DNA of 64,000 nt from the human T2T-CHM13v2.0 reference genome, Homo sapiens. The notes below the pieces were generated by a model. It ran no database searches. It worked only from the letters and a program-made list of their open reading frames with translations, and had not been told where the DNA came from. The stretch lies in assembly GCF_009914755.1 (NCBI RefSeq), contig NC_060938.1; one strand, written 5' to 3'. The position numbers were made by a program, and so were the translations under genes. Below, piece by piece: positions 43,050-59,096 of this stretch. Each line of letters begins with the position of its first letter. Position 1 is the stretch's first letter.

Positions 43050-46045
43050 GTAATGGAGCTTAGTCAAGAATCATCAATGTGAAAGTACCTACTGGTGATC
43101 TCATAAGTATATTGTTCATGCACAAATTTTAGTTTTTTCCCTAGGATGGTAAGTATGTGTTATCTGCATCCTACAGTTCACACAGTGCCAAATCCAGCTG
43201 TGTTTAGGAAGTAAAATAGACACTGAGGCACTTCCTGATGGACCTTCCCTGGTAGACCAAGTTCCATCAGCTTTTTTTGAAGTTTCAGAACAGTAATGGT
43301 AGACCCTCAGAATCACCCTTCTGCCACATCAAGATAAATAATAGATGATGCAAGTTAAAAGTTTAAAGAATGAATTTGCCCTACTATACAATTTTAGGGA
43401 CGTCTTAAGGTGGTTTGGAACTCTTAATTATTTCTGTGATAATTCAACTTTTCCAACTGGTGTTTTCCATATACAACTGGAGTAGATATATTTTAACAAA
43501 AGCTAAATGGGTAAGACATTAAATAAATTTGTGGTATATTTTTATATATTTTTTCACACCAAAATTTCAATTTATCTTAAATACATAGTTTGTTGAGGTT
43601 TTTTCTTTTTATTCAACCCTTTTAGGTAATATTTCCTAATACAGTAATATTTTTAAAGATATTTCTTTTGCTATTTTTATGTTACTTTATATAAGACATA
43701 CTATTTGTTAAAATAGAAAATTTGAATTATTTTAGAATTTCACCCTGGAAAGTATTTTGTGAGATATTAATAATTTAAACTATAAAATTCTGTCTTTAGA
43801 ACAAGTATTCCTTATGGTTCATTTACATGGTAGTGGAAGAAAAAGTATCCTCTGCTAGACAAAATATATATGACTTATTCCAATTTAGAAGCTTTAGGAC
43901 CTTCTACAATTTATTGACTACAGTGAATTCATAATGATCAGTGTACAGAGGACATCAATACTAAAATTAAGCAATTTATCTGTTAATAAAAGTTAAGGAA
44001 AAAATGACACTTAGGATGACTCTAAGGTAGTATGAGTACTGCTTGAATCTTTGAAAATTAAGCAATACTGAGAAAGTAAATATAATTAGGGGATTAAATG
44101 AGAAATTTTAAAATATAAAAAGAACAGGGCTGTGAAAAAATTTTCGTTGCCTTACTCTATTGTTGGCTCTTAAACTTTGGTTCCTGTTTTATGCTGTGCA
44201 TTTTACCACAACAGTCAGCGAACAGGATTCATATATTTAAAATTTTTCTGTTTGTATTCAACAGAACTGTGAAGTGCTTCAGGAAGTGGATGAATATGAT
44301 TTTATCTTGGTGAATGCTATTGTACTAACATAATGTCTAGTCATGGCAAAGCATGTTTATCAAGACGTACTGCAATACCCATAATTAAATTCATGCCAGA
44401 GAGAAGCAAATTTGTTTATCCTGAAATTTATTTGCTCATGTCAAATTTCTCTACATCTTTTCCAGTTTGGTCCTAGATGGCTGCATTTTTTTTTTCTTTG
44501 CTACAGTGAAGTCAGTTTCAATAGTTGACATGAAGTAAACAGACTTTGAATATTTAGTAATTGTGAGAATTCCCACAAGATCGTTCTCCACTTACTTCAC
44601 CTCTTTGTCTTGGGTTTTTGTTTGTTGCCTAAATTCTTTGCATGGCATTTTTTCCAATTGACAATGTCAGAACAGAATCATTCCTTGCTCGCTCTTATTC
44701 TCCTGAGTGTGAGTCACAATATAACTGAACTAGTAATACATTACCTTGTATTAAACAATTAAAAAAAACAAAACTCTACTAAGTCTCCATCCTTCTGTGC
44801 CCAACTCCCTCCCTTCCTCACCAAAGATATATTACAGCAATTGTAAGGAACAGTTTGTCTCCTTGAAAGCAGAGGACAAACAAGGATACTGGCTGCCATG
44901 TTCCTTTTAGCTTACAACTGGATAGGTATGAAGTAATAAAGATGAGCAAAAGCAATGAACATGTGTGTACAGCCTAATATAAAAATAACATTTTACCAAA
45001 TTATAAAAGTTCCTTTTTTCTGAATAGTTCAATTTGTTTTTATATGTATTTTTATATATATCCTATTTATAGTTACATCAGCCTTTAGAGGAAACAAAAG
45101 AATATTATTTGCACTCCTTTGCTAACAGGAGGAAACAAAGGCACCAACTGATAAGGAATTCCCTTGGGATTATGCACCATGATAGTCACAAAAGAGAAGT
45201 TTAAACCATTGGACTTCCAGCCTGGTTGGCTGGACACTAAGCCACTTTGCTTCCTAATATATATTTTTTCTCAACCAGAAAAACAAACAATGCCTTCAGT
45301 GAGCTGGTACTTTAAGAGGGTAATAAAGGTCTAAAGAGGCTAAACTTCAGTAGAGGCACAGAACAGAATATCTAACTTAACCTTTTGTTGGCATATTTCC
45401 AAAGGCAGAGAAATGCTTTATAAACTAAAATAACTCTGCATACAAAGAAATGACTTTCATTTGTCTCACTCACTGCAGATACAAATATAATCTGCTCCTA
45501 TTTCCCTATCTGCATTTTCTCCTTAGTTACAAACTCAGCTTTAAAATCATATTATAGTTAAATATTAAAATATATCAAGAATATATGAGATACTTATATA
45601 TGACTATCAATGAAATGGTCATCATTTAAGTGATGGAGTTAATGCACATGAATCTCTTCTAAGAAAAGAATGAGGATATATTTAGAGCTATTTAACATAA
45701 AATTGTACACCTGGAGGCAAACTTAGAGATGTACTGAAAATAACAAAGTCCTGAATGGTGAAGTGAGTTTCCCAAGGTTATATCACATCCTCATATCTAT
45801 CTATCATAAAAATAATTAATAATAAAAATTAGTTGTCTTGCCTCTGTATTATAAAGTTAAGTTTGAACATAAGATAATAATATATTTTTAATTCTATGGG
45901 CTTCTGAGAAGACCTGATAGACAGTGGCGTGATAATTTCCCATTTAATAGTATATTTTGGAGGAAGTTTCTTTTAGAAAATGTTTTCATTTATTAGTAGC
46001 AGGAAAATCAGGGCTTTTAATCTCTCTTTTTCTTTGTAAGGATGA

Positions 46046-46054
46046 GTGTATATA

Positions 46055-46090
<36 letters not shown>
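46046..46090. repeat. (TG)n(TA)n microsatellite
   Basis: Direct inspection. Confidence 0.9.
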
Positions 46091-46091
<1 letters not shown>

Positions 46092-46379
46092 GACATATTT
46101 TAGAATCTTAGAGATTATAGGTATATTGTCTTAAAGGAAAAAAATTAAGTATTGAGGAATTAATGAATTATTCATAAAGTATTGAGGAATAAATAAATTA
46201 TTGTACTCCAGGTATAATAATGAAGAGAAGAAATATGAACATGAAACAGTAACTTAGGCAAATCATATAAAAACACCAGTTCAGTCATTGTATTTAAAAC
46301 AAAAGTTTGTCGTTTGCATAGGTATAACTAACAGACAATCAAGTTGAAGATGTTTAAAGACAGATAAGGAAAGGTCTTT

Positions 46380-47320
46380 TTTGAGAAGCAGTAGATTTGA
46401 AACTATAGCTAGCAGTGTCTTTGAAACTACAGCTTTAGTGTCTTTAAGCAGAGGAGACAGGTAGATTTTTTTTTTAATTGTTCTGGCAACAGATAGGGAC
46501 AGATAGGGGAAAGTCTGGAAAAGAGAAATATTGACAACAGATCATCTAAAATGTAAATTGTAATGATTCAGGCAAGAAATGATGAGAATCTGAACAAAGA
46601 TTGTAGTGGTGGGAATAGAGGGAAGAAATATGAAATAACATATGTTTTAGTGGGTGAATATATAAGAATTTTTCATGCTGGAATATGGTCTGTGAAGAAC
46701 ATAAGAGGCATCAGGAATGAAACTGACATGTCTGGCTGAATGGATACTCTTATTGAGATAATACAGGAGAGATACATTGGAATGAATATATATGTACATA
46801 TATATATAGACATATTATACATATGTATATAACGAGTAAAATATGTGATATATTAAGTTTTGGTTGCAAGTGGTTTATTGAATTAGAAGTATTCAAATAG
46901 TGGCTGGTTTGGAACTCAGGAGAGAGAACAAAAGAAGAGAAAAATATTTGAGGATCACCAGTTATTTGTTGCAAGAAGCAACTCTTATGAAATTATTTAT
47001 GTGAATGTGAATAAAGAAATGCAAGAGGGGCAAGGACAAAACCTCAGAGAATATTAAAATGTGTTAACACATGTTGAAAGTGGCATCAATAAATGAGACA
47101 AAAACAGTATTTTCAGGTAGACAGTAGGTAAACTAAACAAACATGATATCCCTGGAATTCATGGCATGAGAGTTTTAAAAAGTTAAAATAGTAAACAAGA
47201 ACAATCTGTTAACAAGAATCAAATAGATTGATGATTAAATAGAGAGCATTAAATCTGGCAATTTGGAGAACATTATAAATTTAATAAAAGCATCTCTAGA
47301 AGAATGAAGGATGGAAAACA
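46380..47320 (-). mobile_element. Degraded L2
   Basis: ttaagcagaggagaca..., caggcaagaaatgatgagaatctgaac...tggtgggaatagagggaag, ggacaaaacctcagagaat. Confidence 0.65.
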
Positions 47321-47325
47321 GTTAT

Positions 47326-49207
<1,882 letters not shown>

Positions 49208-50489
49208 GTTATTTTAAAAATGTATTTTCACAAATTATTTTTATATGCAGAGTTGGCTATAGCAAGTTAGAAAGAATTAGCTGACAACATTGTTGTTGGG
49301 ATGTAAAACTGAATAGTATGTCAAAAATAGAGTATACCGTCAAAGTTATCAAAAAAAAGTCAGCAAAGAGTTATCTTTAGGGAGAAGGTGATAATTGTTT
49401 CTAATGGTCTGTAAATTAAGTGACATTTCTGTAGAACATAAAAGCAATCTTTTCAATTCACTGAGTCATTTTGCTTTATTTGTATTTTTTGAGTTCTGTA
49501 TGTTTCTTGTGCACTCTAAGAAAAATAGAGATCTAGATTTATGTGAATGAGATGGAGAGACTTGGGTAGTTTATCCTGAATGAACTTTGGTACAGGAGCA
49601 CAGGTCAGACAGCTGGCCCAATAGACAGTTAATGCTGCACACTTGAGGTGGAATTAATGTTTTTCTGTCGTATTTTCCTTTGCACCTGTGCCTAGGTTTT
49701 CCACTTTCAGAAGGCCTTTAGCAAATTTGAATCTGTATTTGTATACATCCAGTTTATGAGGGAATGTACTGAAGAGTCTACAGTAGATGGTATATAAAAT
49801 CACAAGGCTGAATAAAACTGAAGTCTGCAGTTACTAGCTTTTCTCCTTTCCCAATTTCCTCTTCATACATCTTATTCATACACCAGGTTTTCACTGGGCA
49901 ACTGGTGTATACATAGCACTGTACAAAATCTGGTTAGAGGCAGGCTGCTGGCCTTCAAACTGCATGCAGTCTAGGTGGGATAATGAGGTACCCTCAGGCT
50001 AAATAAGACAAGACAGAATATCATTTTGTGCAAATGGGTGTGGCAGGTGATGAATATTATGATGAAATATAGGTTAGTCTCACTTACTCTACTTATGATT
50101 TCTTGAACTAAGGAGATTGACCAAACCACAATGAGCCGTATTATTTTCAATTTATGAACCTTTGTCACAGTAGGACATTGACAACAAAGCATTCCATATT
50201 CTTAAGAGTGTGAATTTGTTGGAAGACTACATCATATCATTGAGGACACTAGATAATGATTAAGGAATATGGACTCTAGTCCGAGCTCTGTTAAAAACTC
50301 AGAAAAGCCAGGTGATTCCTTAATGTATTAAGGATTTAGTTGTCTTTTCATTAAAAGTTTATGACTCAATCATATGTAAGAATCTCTCCAACTCGAAGCT
50401 TACTCAAATTACAAAAGCTAGGCCAGAGGTTATTATTTTCTAAAGGAAATAGTGTTAGACTAGGTTAATTAGTTGTTCTTGCTGTTGTT

Positions 50490-51180
50490 AATGAAATTTC
50501 CTGGAATGTAACATAAAATTCTCGCATTATAAATATTCAGTTTGGTGAGTTTTTGCAAATGTTTACATACATGTAGCCAGCACTGAGTCAAGCTATAAAA
50601 CATTTCCAGCACTCCAGAAAGCTTCTTTTCCCTCTTTACAATAAACATTTCCTGCCTACCTTACACCCTGCTTCAGACATCATGAATCTGATGTATATCT
50701 AATCATTACCTAAAAATTAAAAGTTAAAAAATAAATGAACCTACCATTATGTCCAAAAACAATAAAATATTACTGAAGTTTTTCTACCCTAAGCCAGAAT
50801 TCCATCTTCCAGCAATGCTTGACCTCTAGTATATTTGTTTTGTTCTCAACCCTGTAGCAACACTTTCCAGTAACTATTTTATAGTCTCACTCCGTGTGTT
50901 CATAGCCCAGTCCACAGCCAACCATTCCCAGGAGACCTATTCACATGAATTTCTGTGGCTCCAACACTGTAACTTCCTTCTTACCCAGAAAGAAAGCCTG
51001 AGCTACCGTGATGCTCACTTGAGTCTCCTTTCAGGGATCAGAGTGTTCCTCGCCTTGCAATCCAATGCCTGAAAACAATGGGCTCATTTATATATATTTT
51101 TCTCCAGCTTTATGTTTGTTTACTGTAAAAGTAGCAGTCTAATACCAGTTATGAATCACAGGTTGCAGCAGAAAATCTAA
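50490..51180 (-). mobile_element. Old L1ME-like fragments (3' end ~50490-50700; 5' end ~51000-51180)
   Basis: cagtttggtgagtttttgcaaatg...aacatttccagcactccagaaag; tcagggatcagagt...tccaatgcctgaaaaca. Confidence 0.55.
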
Positions 51181-51971
51181 GTTAGCTTTTAAAGCATTTG
51201 CTAGCATCATTTAATGCCATGAGCTTGAATACATCACCTGAAACCCAGTTTCCTAATTTATAAAATGATGCAAAATTCTTCATACTAAATCCATTATATT
51301 ATCTAAATGAGCTACCTTTTCTACCAAATATTACCCTTTCAACATACATCTGTGAGAGCAACATTTGATAGAAGATATATCAACTATGTTTAGGATTTAA
51401 TTGTGCAATTGTAAAACTGAGGTTAAACTAGAGTATACGTGAGTCATCATACATCCATATTTTCAAAATGTGTCATGAACTTGTCTAATGCATAGATTTA
51501 TTCTCTTAATAGCAATAATGTTTCACAAAGTTATGTTGTCATTGAGGAAACTTAAAACATCACCACATGTTATAACATTATGCTTTAACAAAAAGAACGA
51601 TGAAGTCCTACATTATCCTGACACATCTGACAGAAGCTGCAGTTTGATATGAATCATCCCACCAACACAAAAGTAGCATGATAAACAAAAATTAACTTAC
51701 TTGTTCTTCTGTGAAATTAACACAAATTTGAAAGAAAATTATTAGTTTGCTCTGACAGTCTAAATACATATTTCTCCAGCCAAAAAAATAGAGGCTTAAC
51801 CAATGCTTTCCTCGAATCAAATTTATTTCAAATATAATTATTCAACTAGAATTATCTGGGATCATTAAATTCCCACTTCAAAGTTACAAGATCATAAAGA
51901 AAAAAAGAAAAAAGCAACTCAGAGAAAAAAAAAATCTAACTTAAAGATTGCCAGGTAGTGAAACTTTATAT

Positions 51972-52286
51972 TTTATTTTCACAGAGACAGGGTCTTGCTC
52001 TGTCACTGAGGCTGGAGTGTAGTCGTATGATTATAGCTCACTGCAGCCTTGTACTCAAGGTCTCAAGATCCTCCAGCCTCAGCCTCCTGAGTAGCTGGGA
52101 CTACAGGCACTAATCACTACACTGGGCTAGCTAATTTTTTTTTTTATTTTTTTTATTTTTTATTTTTTTAGAGACAAGATTTCCCTTTGTTGCCCAGGCT
52201 GGTCTCAAACTCATGGCCTCAAGCGGTCCTCCCACCTCAGCCCTCTCAAAGTGCTGGAATTACTGGCATGAGCCACCATGCCCAGT
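51972..52286 (-). mobile_element. AluJ
   Basis: atagctcactgcagcct, gatcctccagcctcagcc J-type diagnostics; TSD gtgaaactttatat / gtaaaactttatat. Confidence 0.92.
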
Positions 52287-53409
52287 GTAAAACTTTATAT
52301 ATTGAATCTTACTGTGATGAAAATGCTTCCTTCTTAGTTGACTGAGGTTTTAGTTATCTTGATTTTGTGATATCTGGTGGGTGTACTTTTCTAAGCAACG
52401 TGGTAGATACAAGAGGTATAATAATTAGTACCTGTCCTTAGCTATTTATAATGTTATTAATGACATCAAAAAGGATTTGCATACTTTAAAATCTGCATAT
52501 TAGATGGCAGATATCTTAGGTAAATTACATGCTTAATGTCAAGTATGTAGTAGAGGCAACAAGTATTATATCTTCAACATTCATATCTACACCTGTTAAC
52601 TGTGACCCTCATTCCTCTTCAATTCAGTCATTTAAGCAGCAGATTCAAATTGGTAGCATAGCAACAATAAAAACTCTTTAACCTGCAAAATTTTGAATTT
52701 GCAATGTTGTCTTTCGATTTTTTTAAATCACAACTTTACTCTCTACCTAACTGGTCTACCTCTTCCTGGCTACAGGCATTTCTGTATTGTTGCTGCATGT
52801 CACAGTCAGTAAATATGTCTATCCAAAGGCCAATTTTCTAGTTACTGGTGAGGGGCCAGAAATACATTATTTTTATTCTATCTGAGTTAACTATTATTAA
52901 AAAAAATAGACTTGCAAACTATGGCTAAGCTTCAGTATAGGCCCTCAGAACCTGGGCTGCTCAAATAGGGGTCACCAGCACATTAAATATCAAATTAGAA
53001 GCCAATGGCACATAGCACTAAGGCCTAAAGGCAAATAACTTGATCATAGTTGCATTATAGTGTTTTTAATGTCTAAGACCTATAGACTTCAACTATTTTA
53101 GAAGACAGCCTTAAGACAAAGGGGAAAATAACTTACTTTTAAGCAGTATTAGCTGAGAAGCCTTAGACAACAAAAACAAGATTGTTTCATAATCTCCTAA
53201 CCAGTTTAATCAAGTGTTTTAATCATTTAGTTACTCAACAAAAATTATTTGTCCTGTCACTATGTAAAACACACAGATTATGATAGCTACAAAGCCCCAA
53301 ATCAAACTGGTGGTGTTCATTGCATAGCTGAAAAATCACAGACAGATTTAGAAGGGACTTATTCCTCTAGAATCAAAATAGACATGTCAAACCTCATTCC
53401 TGGATAATA

Positions 53410-53585
53410 TTTTTTAACATCTGCCTATACATCAGCTTCTTCATCTGTATGTGGTGATGATAATTTTATCTGCCTCATAATACTGCAAAGATAAAATAAG
53501 AACATATATACTAAGTTATTATGAGAGTCCCTGTACTATATAAAGTATATAATGTATTTTGGCTATTGTTATTGTCACTATCATC
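53410..53585 (+). mobile_element. MIR
   Basis: tcagcttcttcatctgtatgtggtgatgataattttatctgcctcata. Confidence 0.7.
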
Positions 53586-53619
53586 ATTCTAGTAAAATAT
53601 TACAATAATACTAATAATT

Positions 53620-55030
53620 TAGTAGATAAAGGGAGTTATAAATAAATTTATTCCTAAGTCAGATAAGTTTCATAGAGAACATAGCACTTGAACTGAGACT
53701 TAAAGGATATATAGAAGCTTTTCAGATAGATGAATAGAGAGGAAACAAGAACAGGCCAGAAGAGCAGTTAGGAACCTGTCACAACATCTGTAGGGAAATG
53801 ATGATGCATGCCTAAAATAAGAGAGAAGGAGATAAACTACAGATATATTTATAATGGCGAATACTGACACGAGGTAAGGTTGATAAGATGTTGCAGGAAA
53901 TAAACAGGAAGAACCTCCAAGACTCTTGGTTTTTGGCTTACGTAATATGGATAATTTTTTATTGAAATTGGTTACATAAGTAAGGAAGTCACAGATTAAA
54001 AAATTTGGAAGGTGACTAATATAGTCTGGATCATACTGAATTTACATGTCTGCAGGCTGTTTTGTTTGACATATCTAATTGAATGCTTATGAGGTCAGGC
54101 AGGTAACGTAAATGAAGGCGTAGCCATGGTCTGACTGTGCCATATTGAACAACACGTTTTCCTCTAAAGGGCACAAATATGACTCAGCTCTAACGGATGG
54201 TTGCCATGCTAGAATATTGGGCCATTTTTGCTGTACCTTCCCATTGGTTTTCAAGAAAATTTATAATCTAAGTTTAAAGGTAGAATTCCCAGACTGAATA
54301 TAGTATATTTTTAATTGGCTCTCCACCACCCCCCACCCACATAAAATGCCAGTACTTCACATTCATCGTTAACATTTCTAGATTGTGACTTCTCATGTAG
54401 ATCCACCCATCCATCCATCCATCCATCCATTGATTATTCAGAACATACTAATTAAATGCCTCCTCAGCTCCAAGAACTGTTGTAGGTGATAGGTAGATAT
54501 GGATGAGTAATTGAGGATATGTGGAGTTAACATTGTGGAAGTTGAAAATATTGCCTAAGAAAATTGCATGAAGAAAGAAATAAATGATTTGAGTGGGTAC
54601 CTGGGGAAACATCAATGGGAAAACTAAGGAGTGCTCATAAAAAGAATAGAAAGAGAATCAGGAGGAATTTGCAGGATAGAAAATGATAAAATAATTTTCA
54701 GAAAGATGTAGTGGTGAACAGAAGCGAACACTACAAAAAGATGAGAATAATTGGAATAAAAAGGTATAGTTGGTTTGATAATAAGTGTGTCAATGAAGCC
54801 CTTAGAGAAAACAGCTTCAGAGAAGTAACCCAGACAGAAGCCATATTTTAGGAATTGGAGAATGAATGGAAGGTGGAGAAGTAGACATCATGAACATAGG
54901 TTATTTTTTCTAAAGGCTTGACTATGAAGGAAAGGAGAGAAACAGCGTAGGTAGTGTATGTAGTTGAAAACGTAGGGTTAAAGGAAGAATACTTTGTCAA
55001 GACGTGTAAAACTTGAGCATAGTTTTATAC
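53620..55030 (-). mobile_element. Degraded L2 fragments, with (ATCC)n tail at ~54402-54430 and a MER103C/MER58-like piece at ~54120-54320
   Basis: cttgaactgagacttaaaggat, aggccagaagagcagttaggaacc; ccatccatcc tail; cagctctaacggatggttgccatgctagaat. Confidence 0.55.
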
Positions 55031-55436
55031 AGAGTCAGTGACAAGCACGGGATAATGATACACAAATTGAGGGCGGAGGGTGGGGGGAACTTATAAACTA
55101 GGGCTGCAGAAGAGGACCTACTTTCTAGCAACAAAGAGAGTGTTTTCTCTTAATCTTTTGTTATAACCACCAAATGTTAGCTCACTAGGTGACTTACACC
55201 ATTCTTACTCTACTTATTTATCTGGGACTACTCAATTTCACTCAAGAAAGATGAAAACTTATATATGTGGAAAAAATAAACAAGAGTATCTGAAGAGATT
55301 TGAATTGTCTATTTTGTACCACTTAAATGTGTAATTTGGATCCACATTTTCCCCTTTGACTGCAACGTCTTTACTCTACCAATCTGTTGTTTTTCTTTGC
55401 ATCTCCAACATTCTCAGAATAGATTGTTCCTGATTT

Positions 55437-56065
55437 GAGGTAGGTTGCTCAACCTCTGCTTCTTTATCTATAAAATAGCCACAATCATAGCTATCTTCTA
55501 GAGACTTATACGTGATTTCTTGTTTTTTTGTTTCTTTGTTTTGTTTTGTTTTGTTTTTTGTTTTTTGAAATGAGATATCACATGTAAAGTACAACTGCTA
55601 ATAACTAGACCCAGGAACTAAATATTATTATTTTATCTGAAGTTGATCATGATTGAGAAGTACTAACTTTTAATAATCAAATTTACAATAAACTGAGTCA
55701 TAAACCAGATGTTGATTTATGAGCTGTTATCTGACTGAGAGAGATAAGTACGGAACCACCAGGTCATGTTCAGCCAGACTTATCTCTCAGTAAACCAATA
55801 ATTCACAAAACAGTGTCTGCTTTAGGACTCAATTTATTTTAGGTTTAATTATTAGAAGTTAGTACTCTTCAGTTATAATCAACATCAGATAAAATGATAA
55901 TATTGAGTTCCTGGGTCTAGTTATTAACAGTTGTACTTTATATGTAATATCTCATTTCAAAAACAAAGACAAAACAAAATAGGAAATCACAGTTAAATCA
56001 CTAGGACATAGATGTGCTTATGGATATTTCATAGATAAGGAAACAGAAGTTAAGCAACCTACCCC
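55437..56065. repeat. Long degenerate inverted repeat (arms 55437-55749 and 55778-56065, 28-nt spacer), outer part MIR-derived
   Basis: E.g. ttgaaatgagatatcacatgtaaagtacaactgctaataactagacccaggaact pairs with agttcctgggtctagttattaacagttgtactttatatgtaatatctcatttcaa; similarity is continuous to the centre. Confidence 0.93.
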
Positions 56066-56133
56066 CAGTCATAAGCTAATCAGAGATCTACTGGAAGACA
56101 CAAACAGGTTTACACATTTTTATCTAATTTTTT

Positions 56134-59096
56134 AATTATACTTTAAGTTCTGAGATACACGTGCAGAATGTTCAGGTTTGTTACATAGGTATACATGTGC
56201 CATGGTGGTTTGCTGCACCCATCAACTCATCATCTGCATTAGGTATTTCTCCTAATGCTATCCCTCCTCTAGCCCTCCAACCCCTGACAGGCCCCACTGT
56301 GTGATGTTCCCCTCCCTGTGTTAATTTGTTCTCATTGTTCAACTCCCACTTATGAGTGAGAGCATGCAGTGTTTGGTTTTCTGTTCCTGTGTTAGTTTGC
56401 TGAGAATGATTGTTTCCAGGTTCATCCATTCCCTGCAAAGGACATGAACTCATCCTTTTTTATGGCTGTGTAGTATTTCATGGTGTATATGTGCCACATT
56501 TTCTTTATCCAGTCTACCCTTGATGGGCATTTGGGTTGGTTCCAAGTCTTTGCTATTGTCAATAGTGCTGCAATAAAAATGTGTGTCCATATGTCTTTGT
56601 AGTAGAATGATTTCTAATCTTTGGGCATATTTCCAGTAATGAGATTGCTAGGTCAAATGGTATTTCTGGTTTAGATCCTTGAGGAATCACCACACTGTCT
56701 GCCACAATACTTGAACTCATTTACACTCCCACCAACAGTGTTATACTGTTCCTATTTCTCCACATCCTCTCCAGCACCTGTTGTTTCCTGACTTTTTAAT
56801 GATTGCCATTCTAACTGGTGTGACATGCTATCTCATTGTGGTTTTGATTTGCATTCCTGTAATGACCAGTGAGGACTTCATCTGTTTGTTGGCTCCATAA
56901 TTGTCTTATTTTCAGAAGTGTCTGTTCATATCCTTCACCCATTTTTTGATGGGGTTGTTTGTTTTTTCTTGTAAATTTGTTTAAGTTCCTTGTAGATTCT
57001 GGATATTAGCCCTTGTCAGATGGATAGATTACAAAAATTTCTCCCATTCTGTAGGTTGCCTGTTCACTCTGGTGATAGTTTCTTTTGCTGTGCAGAAGTT
57101 CTTTAGTTTAATTAGATCCCATTTGTCTATTTTCGCTTTTATTGCCATTGCTTTTGGTGTTTTAGTCATCAAGACTTTGCCCATGCCTATGTCCTGAATG
57201 GTATTGCCTACGTTTTCTTATAGGGTTTTTATGGTTTTAAGTCTTATGTTTAAGTCTTTAATCCATCATGAGTTAATATTTGTATAGGTGTTAGGAAGGA
57301 GTCCAGTTTCAGTTTTCTGCATATGGCTAGCCAGTTTTCCCAACACCATTTATTAAATAGGGAATCCTTTCCCCATTGCTTGTTTTTGTCAAGTTTGTCA
57401 AAGATCAGATGGTTGTAGATGTGTGGCGTTATTTCTGAGGCCTCTGCTCTGTTCCGTTGGTCTATATATCTGTTTTTGTACCAGTACGATGTAGTTTTTG
57501 TTACTGTAGACTTGTAATTTGAAATAGATAGACCACCATCCAGACAAATAAAGAAGAAAGGAGAGAAGAACCAAATAAACACAATAAAAACTGATAAAGA
57601 GGGTATCACCACTGATCCCACATAAATATAAACTACCATCAGAGAATACTATAAACACCTCTACACAAATAAACTAGAAAATCTAGAAGAAATGGATAAA
57701 TTCCTGGACACATACACCCTCCTAATACTAAACCATGAAGAAATCAAATCCCTGAATAGACCAATAACAAGTTCTGAAATTGAGGCAGTAATTAATAGCT
57801 TACCAACCAAAAAAAAAAAGCCCAGGACCAAACAGATTCACACCCGATTCTACCAGAGGTACAAAGAGGAGATGGTACCATTCCTTCTGAAACTATTCCA
57901 AACAATAGAAAAAGAGGGACTCCTCCCTAACTTACTTTATGAGGCCAGCATCATCCTGATACAAAAACCTGGCAGAGACACACAAAAAGAGAAAATTTCA
58001 GGCCAGTATCCCTGATGAACATCAGTGCGAAAATCCTCAGTGAAATACTGGCAAACCGAATCCAGCAGCACATCAAAAAGCTTATCCACCACAATCAAGT
58101 CGGCTTCATCCCTGGGATACAAGACTGGTTCAACATACGCAAATAAATAAACATAATCCATCACATAAACAGTGTAAAAGCTATATTCCATTTTTATATT
58201 CCAAACTTACAAAAATTATTAGTGCACATGACAAAAATTACACGTTTATCTCAATCGATGCAGAAAAGGCCTTCAATAAAATTCAACACCCCTTCATGCT
58301 AAAAACTCAATAAACTAGATACTGATGGAACATATCTCAAAATAATAAGAGCTATTTATGACAAACCCACAGCCAATGTCATACTGAATGGGCAAAATCT
58401 GGAAGCATTCCATTTGAAAACCGGCACAAGACAAGGATGCCCTCTCTCACCACTCCTATTCGACATAGTATTGGAAGTTCTGGCCAGGGCAATCAGGCAA
58501 GAGAAAGAAGTAAAGGGTATTCAAATAGGAAGAGAGGAAGTCAAAATGTCTCTGTTTGCAGATGTTTGTATATTTAGAGAACCCCACCATCTCAGCCCAG
58601 AATCTCCTTAAGCTGATAAGCAACTTCAGCAAAGTCTCAGGATACAAAATCAATGTGCAAAAATCACAAGCATTTCTATACACCAATAATAGACAAACAG
58701 AGAGCCAAATCATGAGTGAACTCCTGTTCACAATTGCTACAAAGAGAATAAAATATACCTAGGAATACAACCTACAAGGGATGTGCAGGACCTCTTCAAG
58801 AAGAACTACAAACCACTGCTCAAGGAAATAAGAGAGGACACAAACAGATCGAAGAACATTCCATGCTCATGGATAGGAAGAATCAATATTGTGAAAATGG
58901 CGATACCACCCAAAGTAATTTATAGATTCAATGCTATCCCCATCAAGCTACCGTTGACTTTCTTCACAGAATTAGAAAAAAAAAAAACTACTTTAAATTT
59001 CATATGGAAGCAAAAAAGAGCCCGTATAGCCAAGACAATCCTAAGCATAAAGAACAAAGCTGGAGGCATCATGCTACCTGACTTCAAACTATATTA
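56134..59096 (-). mobile_element. L1PA7/8-like element with 5' inversion (twin priming)
   Basis: 3' part on minus strand 56134-57521, inverted part on plus strand 57522-59096; both meet the same L1 position (ttcaaactatactacaagg); TSD ttatctaattttttaa (56120-56135) / ttatctaagtttttaa (59094-59109). Confidence 0.92.

Noticed and set aside
43238-43278. Hairpin followed by T-run resembling an intrinsic terminator
   Set aside because: Eukaryotic context, imperfect stem, no Pol III gene upstream.
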